DNA from: Syntrophomonadaceae bacterium | GTDB lineage: Bacteria > Bacillota > Dethiobacteria > DTU022 | Reading direction: 5' to 3' | DNA length: 51,035 nucleotides | NCBI GenBank assembly: GCA_003554395.1 | Contig: PWGD01000110.1 | Location: forward strand, 1 to 51,035 | Shown: positions 19,531-28,044 of the stretch, in pieces | Numbering within the stretch: the stretch's first letter is position 1 | Layout: each line of letters starts with the position of its first letter | Notes under the pieces: model-generated | What the model was told of the DNA's origin: nothing | The model's database searches: none | Seen by the model: only the letters and a program-made list of their open reading frames with translations | Position numbers and translations under genes: made by a program

Positions 19531-19559
19531 GGGAAATAAGTGTTTCCCCCCTGTTTTGG
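19531..19559 (+). terminator. Probable terminator hairpin after pth
   Basis: GGGGAAA-TAAGTG-TTTCCCC then CCTGTTTT. Confidence 0.4.
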
Positions 19560-19598
19560 TGTACATTAAGCAAGGTTAAAATAGATGGAGGATTGTAA

Positions 19599-22500
19599 TT
19601 GCCCGAAACTATACTTGACTTATGGGCCGGTGAGGAAACCTTTAAAGCCATCAGCTCTAAAGTGTCCCACCAGCCTGATTACCGGACCATGGTTACCGGA
19701 CTGGATGCCGGGGCCCGGGCCTTTTTTATGGCCGCCCTGGCCCGGCAGAGCGGCCGTCCGACCCTGGTTATTGCCCGTGATACGGGACGGGCAGAAAAGC
19801 TGCATTCAGAACTGGCCGGCTTCTTTCCCGGCCGGGTCTGGTTGCTCCCGCCCAGGGAATTTTTCATGAATACGGAAGTGCTGACCCGCAGTGAAGAATA
19901 TCAGCATATGCGCCTGCAATTTTTGGAATGGCTTTCAGGCGGCGGCCGCGGTATATATATCGCCACCGTAAGTGCCCTGTTTTCTAAAATGCTACCACCC
20001 GAGGACTGGAAGGGCCGGGCCCTTTATTTCCGCCCCGGCCGGCGCTGGGACCGGGAAGAGCTGATCGCCCGCCTGGTTGAAATTGGTTACGAGAGGGTTT
20101 CCCTGACAGAAACCAGGGGCAGCTTCAGCGCCCGCGGCGATATAGTAGATATTTATCCCCCCGGTTGCCGACTGCCTTTCCGGATTGAGCTATCTGATGA
20201 TACCATTGAAGCCATTCGCCTCTATGATCCCTCTACTCAGCGTTCTACCGAAGCGCTTTCTGAAGCGACGGCCAGGCCGGCCCGGGAGCTAATCGTAACC
20301 GGAGCAGCTTACCGGCGGGGGGAAAAATTAATCCGGCAGGTCCTTGACGGGGTCTTTTCCAGGCTTCTCCGGCGGGGAGAAAAAGATGCCGCCGCCAGGC
20401 TGAAACAGGAAGTTAATCGCCACCTGGAAAGGTTGGCCGAACCGGGCGGTCTGGATTATCTGGGCAGCTATTTCCCTTTCTTTTATGGCCGGGGCGCTGC
20501 TTTAACGGATTATTTGCCTTCTAAATTCCTGGTTTTTGTCGAAGATCCCACTGCTATAGCGGAAGCGGGAGAAAACTTCCGCCGTGAATTTGATAATTAT
20601 TTCAGCGCTTCCCTGTTGGAAAAAGAAATACTCGGTTCCGCCGACAAACTGCTCTGGAAGGAAGAAGAACTGCTGCAAAAACTACCCTGCCCCCTGATCA
20701 GCTGTTCGCTATTCCAGGGTACGGCGGGGCTTTTCAAACCTAAACAATCTTTTAATATTGAAGCTAAAAGCGCTCCCTATTACCACGGGCAGTGGGAACT
20801 GTTCAAAAATGATTACCGGACCTGGATCGAAAGCGGCTACCGGGTTTACATGATGGCATCTTCGGCCGGGCGGGGCCGGAATTTGCTGCAGCAGTTGTCC
20901 GGGCAGGGGGCCTTTGAACTGCAGGAAAAGCCAAAGGGCTTAGAAATCAGGGCGGAAGATGGCGCCGGGCCCGCATTTGGCAACCTGCCCCTGCCTCCGG
21001 TTGTTGAAGGCAGCCTGGAAGAAGGACTGATCATTCCCGGCCTTAAGCTGGCCCTGATTACCGAGTATAACCTGCTTCCGCAGCGGAAAAAGAAAAAACG
21101 CCTGCGGCGCCGGAACGGCATACGCCTCAGTGATTACCGCGAGCTATCCAGCGGTGACTATGTGGTCCATGAACAGCACGGAATTGCTAAGTACCAGGGT
21201 TTAAGCACCCTTGAAATCGGGGGTATAAAGCGCGATTACCTGCTCCTGAAGTACAGGGGGACCGACCGCTTGTATATTCCGGTCGATCAAATCGGAGTAA
21301 TCCAGAAATATTCGGGCGGTGAAGGCCATGCTCCCCGCCTCCACAGCCTGGGCGGGGTAGAATGGCAGAAGCTTAAGAACAGGGCCAACCGTTCTGTGGA
21401 AGAACTGGCCCGGGAACTGCTGTCCCTTTATGCCGCCCGCCAGGCTGCTGAAGGTTACAGCTTTGGGCCAAATCACCCCTGGCAGCAGGAATTTGAAACC
21501 CATTTTCCCTATGAAGAAACCCCAGATCAGCTGCAGGCCATTGAAGACGTCAAGGCCGACCTGGAAAAACCGCATCCTATGGATCGCCTGATCTGTGGAG
21601 ATGTCGGTTACGGCAAAACCGAAGTGGCTATGCGCGCAGCATTTAAAGTAGTCCTGGAAGGGAAGCAGGCTGCTGTTCTGGTCCCTACTACCGTGCTGGC
21701 GCAGCAGCATTACCGGACCTTCAGGGAACGGTTTGGAGGTTTTCCGGTCAGGATTGCCCAGCTGAGCCGTTTTGTTTCTAAATCCGAACAAAAAAAAGTG
21801 CTAAAGGAGATCTCGGCCGGGAAAATTGATATTGTCATCGGCACCCACCGCCTCTTGTCCACCGATGTGGTCTTTAATGACCTGGGTCTGCTGGTCCTGG
21901 ATGAGGAGCAGCGCTTTGGGGTGCGCCAGAAGGAAAAAATAAGGAAAATGCGGCTGGAGGTCGATACCCTGGCCATGACAGCAACGCCGATTCCGAGGAC
22001 CCTTCATCTTTCTCTTTCGGGAGCAAGGGATTTAAGCGTTATAGACACCCCGCCTGAAGATCGCTACCCGATTCAAACTTATGTCCTGGAGTATTCCGAT
22101 GATCTGGTCCGGGAAGCTGTCCACCGTGAACTGAACCGTGACGGGCAGGTCTTCATTGTATTCAACCGGGTGGCCCAAATTGAATCTTATGCGGAAAAAA
22201 TCCGCCGGATGTTTCCCGGGGTTTCAGTGGCTGTGGGGCACGGGCGGATGCCCGAAGCCACCCTGGAGCGGATCATGGCCGATTTTCAGGAGGGCTATTA
22301 CCAGGTCCTGGTCTGCACAACCATTATTGAGTCGGGCCTCGATATTCCCAATGTTAACACCCTGATTGTATCCGAAGCGGACAAATTCGGGTTGGCCCAG
22401 CTGTACCAGATTAGAGGTCGGGTCGGGCGTTCCAATCGCCTGGCTTATGCTTACCTTACTTACCGCCGGGATAAAATAGTCAATGAAACCGCCCAGAAAA

Positions 22501-23186
22501 GGTTAAAAGCGGTCAAAGAGTTTACTGAACTGGGCTCGGGGTTCAAGATTGCCCTGCGCGACCTGGAAATAAGAGGAGCAGGCAATATCCTCGGCGCCGA
22601 ACAGCATGGCTTTATTACCGCCATCGGGTTCGATTTATACTGCAAACTGCTGGAAAAGGCGGTGGCGGAGTTAAAAGGCGAACAGCCCCAGGAAGCTGTA
22701 AATCCGCGCCTGGAGCTCCGGGTAAGCGCTTACATTCCATCTTCTTACATCAGTTCGCAGGCTCAAAAGGTAGAATTTTATCAGCGTATTTACAACGCCG
22801 GCTCAAGGGAAGATCTGCAGGAAATTGAAGATGAACTAACTGATCGCTACGGATCTCCGGTTGAGCCGGTGAGGAACCTGCTTGCAGTCGGGCTGGTGAG
22901 AATCCTGGCTGTCGGACTGGGCCTGGAATTAATTCAGGACCACCAGCAGGCCCTGTTAATGCAGTTTTCCCGCCGGGCTTCAGTGGACAGGAACCTTCTG
23001 GAATACACATCCAGCTATGCTGAAGGCATGGTCAGCTTCACTGCTGAAAAACCCTTAAAACTAAAATTCAGGGCTGACAGCAAGGGGGAAGCAGGCCGCG
23101 GGGCCGGTTCTTTTAGGGAGTTGATCTTTTTCCTGGAAGAGCTGTCGTCCTTGCAGCTTGCGGCCGATGGTAGCTGCAAGAAATGA
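19599..23186 (+). CDS. mfd: Transcription-repair coupling factor
   Basis: UvrB-like N-terminus, VVHEQHGI RID, GDVGYGKT, DEEQRFG, TATPIPRTL, QIRGRVGRS, DLEIRGAGN. Confidence 0.98.
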   Translation: MPETILDLWAGEETFKAISSKVSHQPDYRTMVTGLDAGARAFFMAALARQSGRPTLVIARDTGRAEKLHSELAGFFPGRVWLLPPREFFMNTEVLTRSEEYQHMRLQFLEWLSGGGRGIYIATVSALFSKMLPPEDWKGRALYFRPGRRWDREELIARLVEIGYERVSLTETRGSFSARGDIVDIYPPGCRLPFRIELSDDTIEAIRLYDPSTQRSTEALSEATARPARELIVTGAAYRRGEKLIRQVLDGVFSRLLRRGEKDAAARLKQEVNRHLERLAEPGGLDYLGSYFPFFYGRGAALTDYLPSKFLVFVEDPTAIAEAGENFRREFDNYFSASLLEKEILGSADKLLWKEEELLQKLPCPLISCSLFQGTAGLFKPKQSFNIEAKSAPYYHGQWELFKNDYRTWIESGYRVYMMASSAGRGRNLLQQLSGQGAFELQEKPKGLEIRAEDGAGPAFGNLPLPPVVEGSLEEGLIIPGLKLALITEYNLLPQRKKKKRLRRRNGIRLSDYRELSSGDYVVHEQHGIAKYQGLSTLEIGGIKRDYLLLKYRGTDRLYIPVDQIGVIQKYSGGEGHAPRLHSLGGVEWQKLKNRANRSVEELARELLSLYAARQAAEGYSFGPNHPWQQEFETHFPYEETPDQLQAIEDVKADLEKPHPMDRLICGDVGYGKTEVAMRAAFKVVLEGKQAAVLVPTTVLAQQHYRTFRERFGGFPVRIAQLSRFVSKSEQKKVLKEISAGKIDIVIGTHRLLSTDVVFNDLGLLVLDEEQRFGVRQKEKIRKMRLEVDTLAMTATPIPRTLHLSLSGARDLSVIDTPPEDRYPIQTYVLEYSDDLVREAVHRELNRDGQVFIVFNRVAQIESYAEKIRRMFPGVSVAVGHGRMPEATLERIMADFQEGYYQVLVCTTIIESGLDIPNVNTLIVSEADKFGLAQLYQIRGRVGRSNRLAYAYLTYRRDKIVNETAQKRLKAVKEFTELGSGFKIALRDLEIRGAGNILGAEQHGFITAIGFDLYCKLLEKAVAELKGEQPQEAVNPRLELRVSAYIPSSYISSQAQKVEFYQRIYNAGSREDLQEIEDELTDRYGSPVEPVRNLLAVGLVRILAVGLGLELIQDHQQALLMQFSRRASVDRNLLEYTSSYAEGMVSFTAEKPLKLKFRADSKGEAGRGAGSFRELIFFLEELSSLQLAADGSCKK

Positions 23187-23238
23187 TTACTGATATAATA
23201 CTGTTCGATTAACAAAATCCAGCGAAGAAGGTTAAAAA

Positions 23239-24870
23239 TTGTCGCTCAGCAGCACCTCTTTTGTCAAGGGAGCAGCTATTCTGGCCTTAACCGGGCTTGC
23301 CGCCAGGGGCATCGGCGCTATATTCAGGATTGTCCTGGCGGCCATCCTCGGGGATGAAGGAATCGGTCTTTTCATGTATGCCTATCCGATTTACTCCACT
23401 CTCCTGATCCTTTCTACGGCCGGCATTCCGGTGGCCGTTTCCAAGATCATGGCCGAAAAAATCGCTCTTCGCGATTACCGCGAGGCGCTGCGAGTTTTTA
23501 AAGTAGCTTTCACTATCCTCACCATAACGGGACTGGGTATAACCATCGTATTGGTTATGGGCGCGGAACTTTTCGCCGGCCTGATTATCAGGGACATGCA
23601 GGCAGTTTACCCCCTGCTGGCCATATCCCCGGCCATATTTTTTGTTACCATAATGGCTGCCCTGCGGGGTTTTTTCCAGGGTCAGCAAAATATGGTCCCC
23701 ACAGCTGCTTCGCAAATGCTCGAGCAGCTGGTACGGGTTGTCTTTTCTTTAATCCTGGTCTTTCTTCTCCTTCCGGTTGGGCTTGAGTATGCCGCGGCAG
23801 GGGCTTCTTCAGGTGCTGCTGCCGGAGGGCTGGCCGGATTGATCCTGCTGACGCTCTTATACAAAAGCAGGCGCCGTGATCTGGACGCCCTGGCCCAAAA
23901 GCAGGACAGTCATGAGCCGGCCCCAGTGCAAGATATTATCAGCCGGTTGTTCGGGCTGGCTGTTCCGGTTACCATCGGAGGGCTGGTTATCCCCCTGATG
24001 TCAATGATCGACCTGGTTATCGTGCCCCGGCAGCTGCAGGCGGCCGGCTTTGATCTGGAAAGCGCGAGAGCCCTCTACGGGCAGCTTACCGGGATGGCCG
24101 GGCCCGTGGTTTACTTTCCCAATGTGGTGGCCCTGGCTTTAAGCATCAGCCTGGTGCCGGTCATTTCCGAGGCTTTAACACTTGGTAATAAACTAATGAC
24201 TCAAAACCGTTCCGCCGTTGCCATCAAGCTGACGGTGCTTTTTTCCGTTCCTGCGGCGGTAGGGCTTTATTTGCTGGCCGAGCCGATAACGATCCTGCTT
24301 TTTAATAACGCCGAGGCAGGATATTCCCTGGCTTATCTGTCCTGGTCGGTAATTCCGCTATGCCTCTATGTAACGACAACCGGCATCCTCCAGGGGTTAG
24401 GAAAGCCGATTCTCCCGGCTTTAAACATGTTTTACGGGGGGATTGTCAAAATTATCCTGGCCTGGTTCCTGACCGCGATTCCGGCTCTGAATGTGGGAGG
24501 GGCCGCTGTGGCTACTGTGGCCGGACTAGCAGTGGCCGCGGTTCTTAACCTTTTGCATGTGGCCCGTTATACCGGATGGCGTGGGAGGTGGCGCGAGCTT
24601 GTTCTCCTTCCGGTTTTATCCGTTTCGGCCATGTCCCTGGTCGTCATTTTGGTTTACAATCTAGCTTACCGGCTTGCAGCTCCGTACCTATCGCCGGGGA
24701 TGCAAAATGGAGCGGCTACTTTTGCCGCCATAGTAGCCGGTGCAGCAGCTTACGGGGCCTGTATCTTATTAAGCGGCAGCCTGAGCAGAGAAGAGCTGCA
24801 GATGATCCCTTTTATCGGCGCCCGCCTGGCCGCACTGGCTGATCGTTTCGGGCGCCATCATGTTTCATGA
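23239..24870 (+). CDS. SpoVB/YabM-like MOP-family flippase (polysaccharide biosynthesis protein)
   Basis: FVKGAAIL, GIPVAVSK, RGFFQG..NM.PTA.SQ..EQ; about 14 hydrophobic segments; precedes yabN. Confidence 0.88.
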   Translation: MSLSSTSFVKGAAILALTGLAARGIGAIFRIVLAAILGDEGIGLFMYAYPIYSTLLILSTAGIPVAVSKIMAEKIALRDYREALRVFKVAFTILTITGLGITIVLVMGAELFAGLIIRDMQAVYPLLAISPAIFFVTIMAALRGFFQGQQNMVPTAASQMLEQLVRVVFSLILVFLLLPVGLEYAAAGASSGAAAGGLAGLILLTLLYKSRRRDLDALAQKQDSHEPAPVQDIISRLFGLAVPVTIGGLVIPLMSMIDLVIVPRQLQAAGFDLESARALYGQLTGMAGPVVYFPNVVALALSISLVPVISEALTLGNKLMTQNRSAVAIKLTVLFSVPAAVGLYLLAEPITILLFNNAEAGYSLAYLSWSVIPLCLYVTTTGILQGLGKPILPALNMFYGGIVKIILAWFLTAIPALNVGGAAVATVAGLAVAAVLNLLHVARYTGWRGRWRELVLLPVLSVSAMSLVVILVYNLAYRLAAPYLSPGMQNGAATFAAIVAGAAAYGACILLSGSLSREELQMIPFIGARLAALADRFGRHHVS

Positions 24871-24915
24871 TCATTATTATGGTACGGCGCTTAAGTAAAA
24901 AAGGAAGGCGATCCG

Positions 24916-26379
24916 ATGGATGAAATAACTGTCATAGGCCTGGGCCCGGCCCGGCGCAAGCACTTAACCGCTGAAGCGCAAAAACAACTTCAAAGCAGCC
25001 GGCCCCTCTATCTTCGGACTTTTAAACATCCGGCTGCCCGCTATTATGCCTGGCGCAGGGAGGCCAGGAGTTTTGACCATATTTACGGGCAAAGCGGCCA
25101 TTCTGGCCGGACAGATCGGGCCATTTCCCTGGCGCTTCTAAAAGCGGCCCGCCGCTATAAAAGGATCTGTTACGCCGTCCCGGGCCATCCCCTGATCGGC
25201 GAAGGATCAGTAAAAAAACTTCTCAAGCTGGCCCCTCAGCTGGGCATTAAAGTAAAAATTGTGCCGGGGATAAGCTTTTTGGAATTCCTGCTCAAGGCCT
25301 TGCAAATAGATCTGCTGGAAGGAGTCAGGGTCGTTGGCGCTCCGGCCCTGGAGCAGCTTAAAGAGCCCTGCCGCAATCATTTGCTCCTGGCTCAAATCCA
25401 TACCCGCCCTCTTGCTTCCCGGGTCAAACTTAAACTGCTATCTCTTTATCCCCAAGACTACCCGGTAACTGTGGTCCGGTCTGCCGGCAGGCGCAAAGAA
25501 CGGCTGTGGACCGCTCCGCTGCAGGATCTGGATCGCTTCCGTTGTTACGACCATCATACCTCTGTTTATGTTCCCCCCTACCGGGGATACCTGGTTGGCG
25601 ATTTGTTGCAAATAATGGCCCGGCTGCGCTCCGAAGAGGGGTGTCCCTGGGACAAACAGCAAACCCACCACAGTCTGAGGCAGTACCTGGTTGAAGAAGC
25701 CTACGAAGTTGTGGGAGCCATTGACGAAAAACAAGATCAGTCCCTGCAAGAAGAGCTGGGCGATGTGCTCCTGCAGGTGGTTTTTCACAGCAGGATTGCC
25801 GCTGAAGAAAACCGGTTTGATTTTTACCAGGTTACGGAGGGTATTGCGGCCAAACTGATCAGGCGCCATCCCCACGTTTTTGGCGGCGGCAAAGCGGTCG
25901 ACGCTGCGGAGGTAAAATTAAAATGGGAAGAAATCAAGCTAAACGAAAAAAATAAAAGAGGCGCAAGCAATAATTCCGGCCCGGATGTTTCAATCGACCA
26001 TTCCCTTCCCGCTTTGCTTAAAGCCTATAAACTGCAAAAGAAAGCCGCCGGGGTCGGATTTGACTGGCCCTGCATAGAGGGCCCTCTGGAGAAAGCAGAG
26101 GAAGAGCTGGCCGAGCTGGCCGAGGCTTTTAAGGAGGGGGATCAAAGCGCTGTTGAAGAAGAACTGGGCGACTACCTTTTTACCGTGGTTAACCTGGCCC
26201 GTTTCCTGGGGGTTAATCCCGAACTGGCCCTGGGCAAAAGCATCGCTAAATTTATGGATCGATTCCGGTATGTTCTCGAGCAGGCGGAAAGAGCGGGCCG
26301 CCCGGCATCGGATTTTTCTCTGGGGCAGTTGGATAAATGGGGGGAAGAAGCCAAAAATTTAAGGAAAATGGATGAATAA
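24916..26379 (+). CDS. mazG: YabN-type tetrapyrrole-methylase-like / MazG nucleotide pyrophosphohydrolase fusion
   Basis: LR...GCPWD..QTH.SLR.YL.EEAYE, EELGDVLLQVVFH, KLIRRHPHVF, second EEELGD motif. Confidence 0.92.
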   Translation: MDEITVIGLGPARRKHLTAEAQKQLQSSRPLYLRTFKHPAARYYAWRREARSFDHIYGQSGHSGRTDRAISLALLKAARRYKRICYAVPGHPLIGEGSVKKLLKLAPQLGIKVKIVPGISFLEFLLKALQIDLLEGVRVVGAPALEQLKEPCRNHLLLAQIHTRPLASRVKLKLLSLYPQDYPVTVVRSAGRRKERLWTAPLQDLDRFRCYDHHTSVYVPPYRGYLVGDLLQIMARLRSEEGCPWDKQQTHHSLRQYLVEEAYEVVGAIDEKQDQSLQEELGDVLLQVVFHSRIAAEENRFDFYQVTEGIAAKLIRRHPHVFGGGKAVDAAEVKLKWEEIKLNEKNKRGASNNSGPDVSIDHSLPALLKAYKLQKKAAGVGFDWPCIEGPLEKAEEELAELAEAFKEGDQSAVEEELGDYLFTVVNLARFLGVNPELALGKSIAKFMDRFRYVLEQAERAGRPASDFSLGQLDKWGEEAKNLRKMDE

Positions 26380-26380
26380 A

Positions 26381-26409
26381 GCAGGATTCTAATAATCAAG
26401 GTAGAATAC
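26381..26409 (+). promoter_or_regulatory. Putative sigma-H promoter of hup
   Basis: GCAGGATT-N12-GTAGAATAC (AGGA-N17-GAAT); B. subtilis hbs also has a sigma-H promoter. Confidence 0.72.
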
Positions 26410-26477
26410 AAACTTTCATAAAGGGTTCCATAGCTTCCACAAAGGGAATCCTATCTTGTATGAGGAGGGCTTAAACA

Positions 26478-26750
26478 GTGAATAAGTCTGAGCTGGTAGA
26501 TTTAGTGGCAGAGAAAGCCGGAATGTCTAAGAAGGACAGTGAAAAAGCTGTTAAAGCGGTTTTAGACGGCATAACCGATGGCCTGGTAAAAGGCGAAAAA
26601 GTGCAGCTGGTTGGTTTCGGTACTTTTGAGGTCCGCAATCGCAAGGAGCGTGAAGGCCGTAACCCGGCGACCGGTGAAAAAATTAAAATCGAGGCCCTTA
26701 AAGTGCCCGCCTTTAAACCGGGCAAGGCTTTGAAAGACATGGTTAAATAA
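26478..26750 (+). CDS. hup: DNA-binding protein HU
   Basis: [31 protein letters not shown]....PAFKPGK.LK. Confidence 0.98.
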   Translation: MNKSELVDLVAEKAGMSKKDSEKAVKAVLDGITDGLVKGEKVQLVGFGTFEVRNRKEREGRNPATGEKIKIEALKVPAFKPGKALKDMVK

Positions 26751-26931
26751 AATCAAGCCTGTCTGAAGCTTAAATGAGCGCTGTTTATGTTAACATCCTC
26801 CCTGATTCCGGTTGTACGTGATAGGTCTGACAGGGAGATATTTATCGAGGGGCGGGATGGTTTCCGGGCAAGAGGAAACCATGCCGCCTTCCGCAAGAGC
26901 GGTTAAGTACTGATTATTTGTATTAATCGGT

Positions 26932-27276
26932 GTGATTATGATGGGCTTAGGGAAAAAAGAAGCTAAAAGGTCCCGGGCTAATTTCCCGCGCTACCGGGAA
27001 GAGAGCAGCTACAACATGTACAGGTTCATTAGCGCCGCGGGTATAATCCTGATCTGCTGCCTGCTGGTTGTGATCGGGGCCCAGCACCTTCGCCAGCGCC
27101 AGGCTGAACAAGAATTGATGGCCTACAAAGCCCGCCTGGAAAAACTGGAACAGCGCCAGGCGGAGGCGGAAAGAGAGATCGAACGCCTGCAGGATCTCGA
27201 TTATATTGAAATTCAGGCTCGCAACCGGCTCGGGCTGGTCAAACCCAACGAAACAATTTTCCAGTTAGAGGATTGA
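26932..27276 (+). CDS. divIC: Septum formation initiator FtsB/DivIC family
   Basis: One TM segment, coiled coil, DYIE..AR..LGLVKP.E; precedes the S1 protein. Confidence 0.82.
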   Translation: MIMMGLGKKEAKRSRANFPRYREESSYNMYRFISAAGIILICCLLVVIGAQHLRQRQAEQELMAYKARLEKLEQRQAEAEREIERLQDLDYIEIQARNRLGLVKPNETIFQLED

Positions 27277-27300
27277 CATTATTATTAAAGCGGTTATAAT
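27273..27300 (+). promoter_or_regulatory. Sigma-A promoter of the S1-domain gene
   Basis: TTGACA-16-TATAAT. Confidence 0.55.
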
Positions 27301-27340
27301 AACATTATCTTAAGATTATTAGATTGAGGAGGAGTTTTTC

Positions 27341-27754
27341 ATTAAGGAAGAGATAGCTGTTGGCAGTATTGTGGAAGGAGTGATAACGGGGATAACAAAA
27401 TTCGGAGCGTTTGTCGAATTGCCCGGCGGCTCTACAGGCCTTGTCCACATATCGGAAATTGATGAAGATTACGTCAAAGATATCAATGATTTTTATAAAA
27501 AATCGGATAAGGTCGAAGTCAAGGTGCTGTCGGTTGAAAATAACGGGAAAATAGGCCTTTCTATCAAGCAGGCCAAGAAGGGTTACACCCCGCACAGCAA
27601 AAAAGAACGCAAGAAGCCTGAAGCCGGTAATAAGGCCTCATTTGAAGATAAAATGAACCGTTTTCTTAAAGAAAGTGACGAAAGGCTCTTAGATTTAAAA
27701 CGCAACACCGAGTCCAAAAGAGGCGGCCGCGGTTCCTGTCGTGAGGCTTTTTAA
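27341..27754 (+). CDS. YabR/YugI-like S1 RNA-binding protein; probable ATT start at 27341 (track GTG 27371)
   Basis: GITKFGAFV.L....GLVHISEI, KIGLSIKQA, SFEDKM.RFLK.S.E; in-frame upstream EIAVGSIV matches the S1 N-terminus. Confidence 0.88.
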   Translation: MKEEIAVGSIVEGVITGITKFGAFVELPGGSTGLVHISEIDEDYVKDINDFYKKSDKVEVKVLSVENNGKIGLSIKQAKKGYTPHSKKERKKPEAGNKASFEDKMNRFLKESDERLLDLKRNTESKRGGRGSCREAF

Positions 27755-27785
27755 AATTAGCTGACTTTCATTTTATCAACAGAAA

Positions 27786-27811
27786 GGCACTCTGTTTCAG
27801 AGTGTTTTTTT
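27786..27811 (+). terminator. Intrinsic terminator after the S1 gene
   Basis: GGCACTCTG-TTT-CAGAGTGTT then T-run. Confidence 0.72.
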
Positions 27812-28044
27812 ATCTGGCCCCGCAGCGATATAGGTTTTTCCTGTAAATCGACGGGCCGGGGATCTAACCTTTCGTTTTTGCCGCAAATTTTACCGCTCCC
27901 CGGTTCCGGAATAGGGCTGCTTTTGTGACAACGGGATAATGGCATCCCCCCTTTCCAGGCTCCAGGTTCAGCTTACCCATTATTTTTGCAGTAATTACAA
28001 GCCTTTTAAGCTCTCATTAAGAGGCTGATTGGTTGTGATCCATC

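Noticed and set aside
24916-25590. Arg/Lys-rich, motif-poor methylase-like domain of YabN as a novel domain
   Set aside because: The YabN N-terminal domain is a known degenerate tetrapyrrole-methylase fold; the divergence alone is not informative.
26810-26825. parS-like sequence centred on ACGT
   Set aside because: Five mismatches to TGTTNCACGTGAAACA.
27812-28034. tRNA genes or a spoIIE remnant in the S1-tilS gap
   Set aside because: No T-loop (GTTCRA) or cloverleaf and no convincing ORF; a remnant cannot be excluded without tBLASTn.
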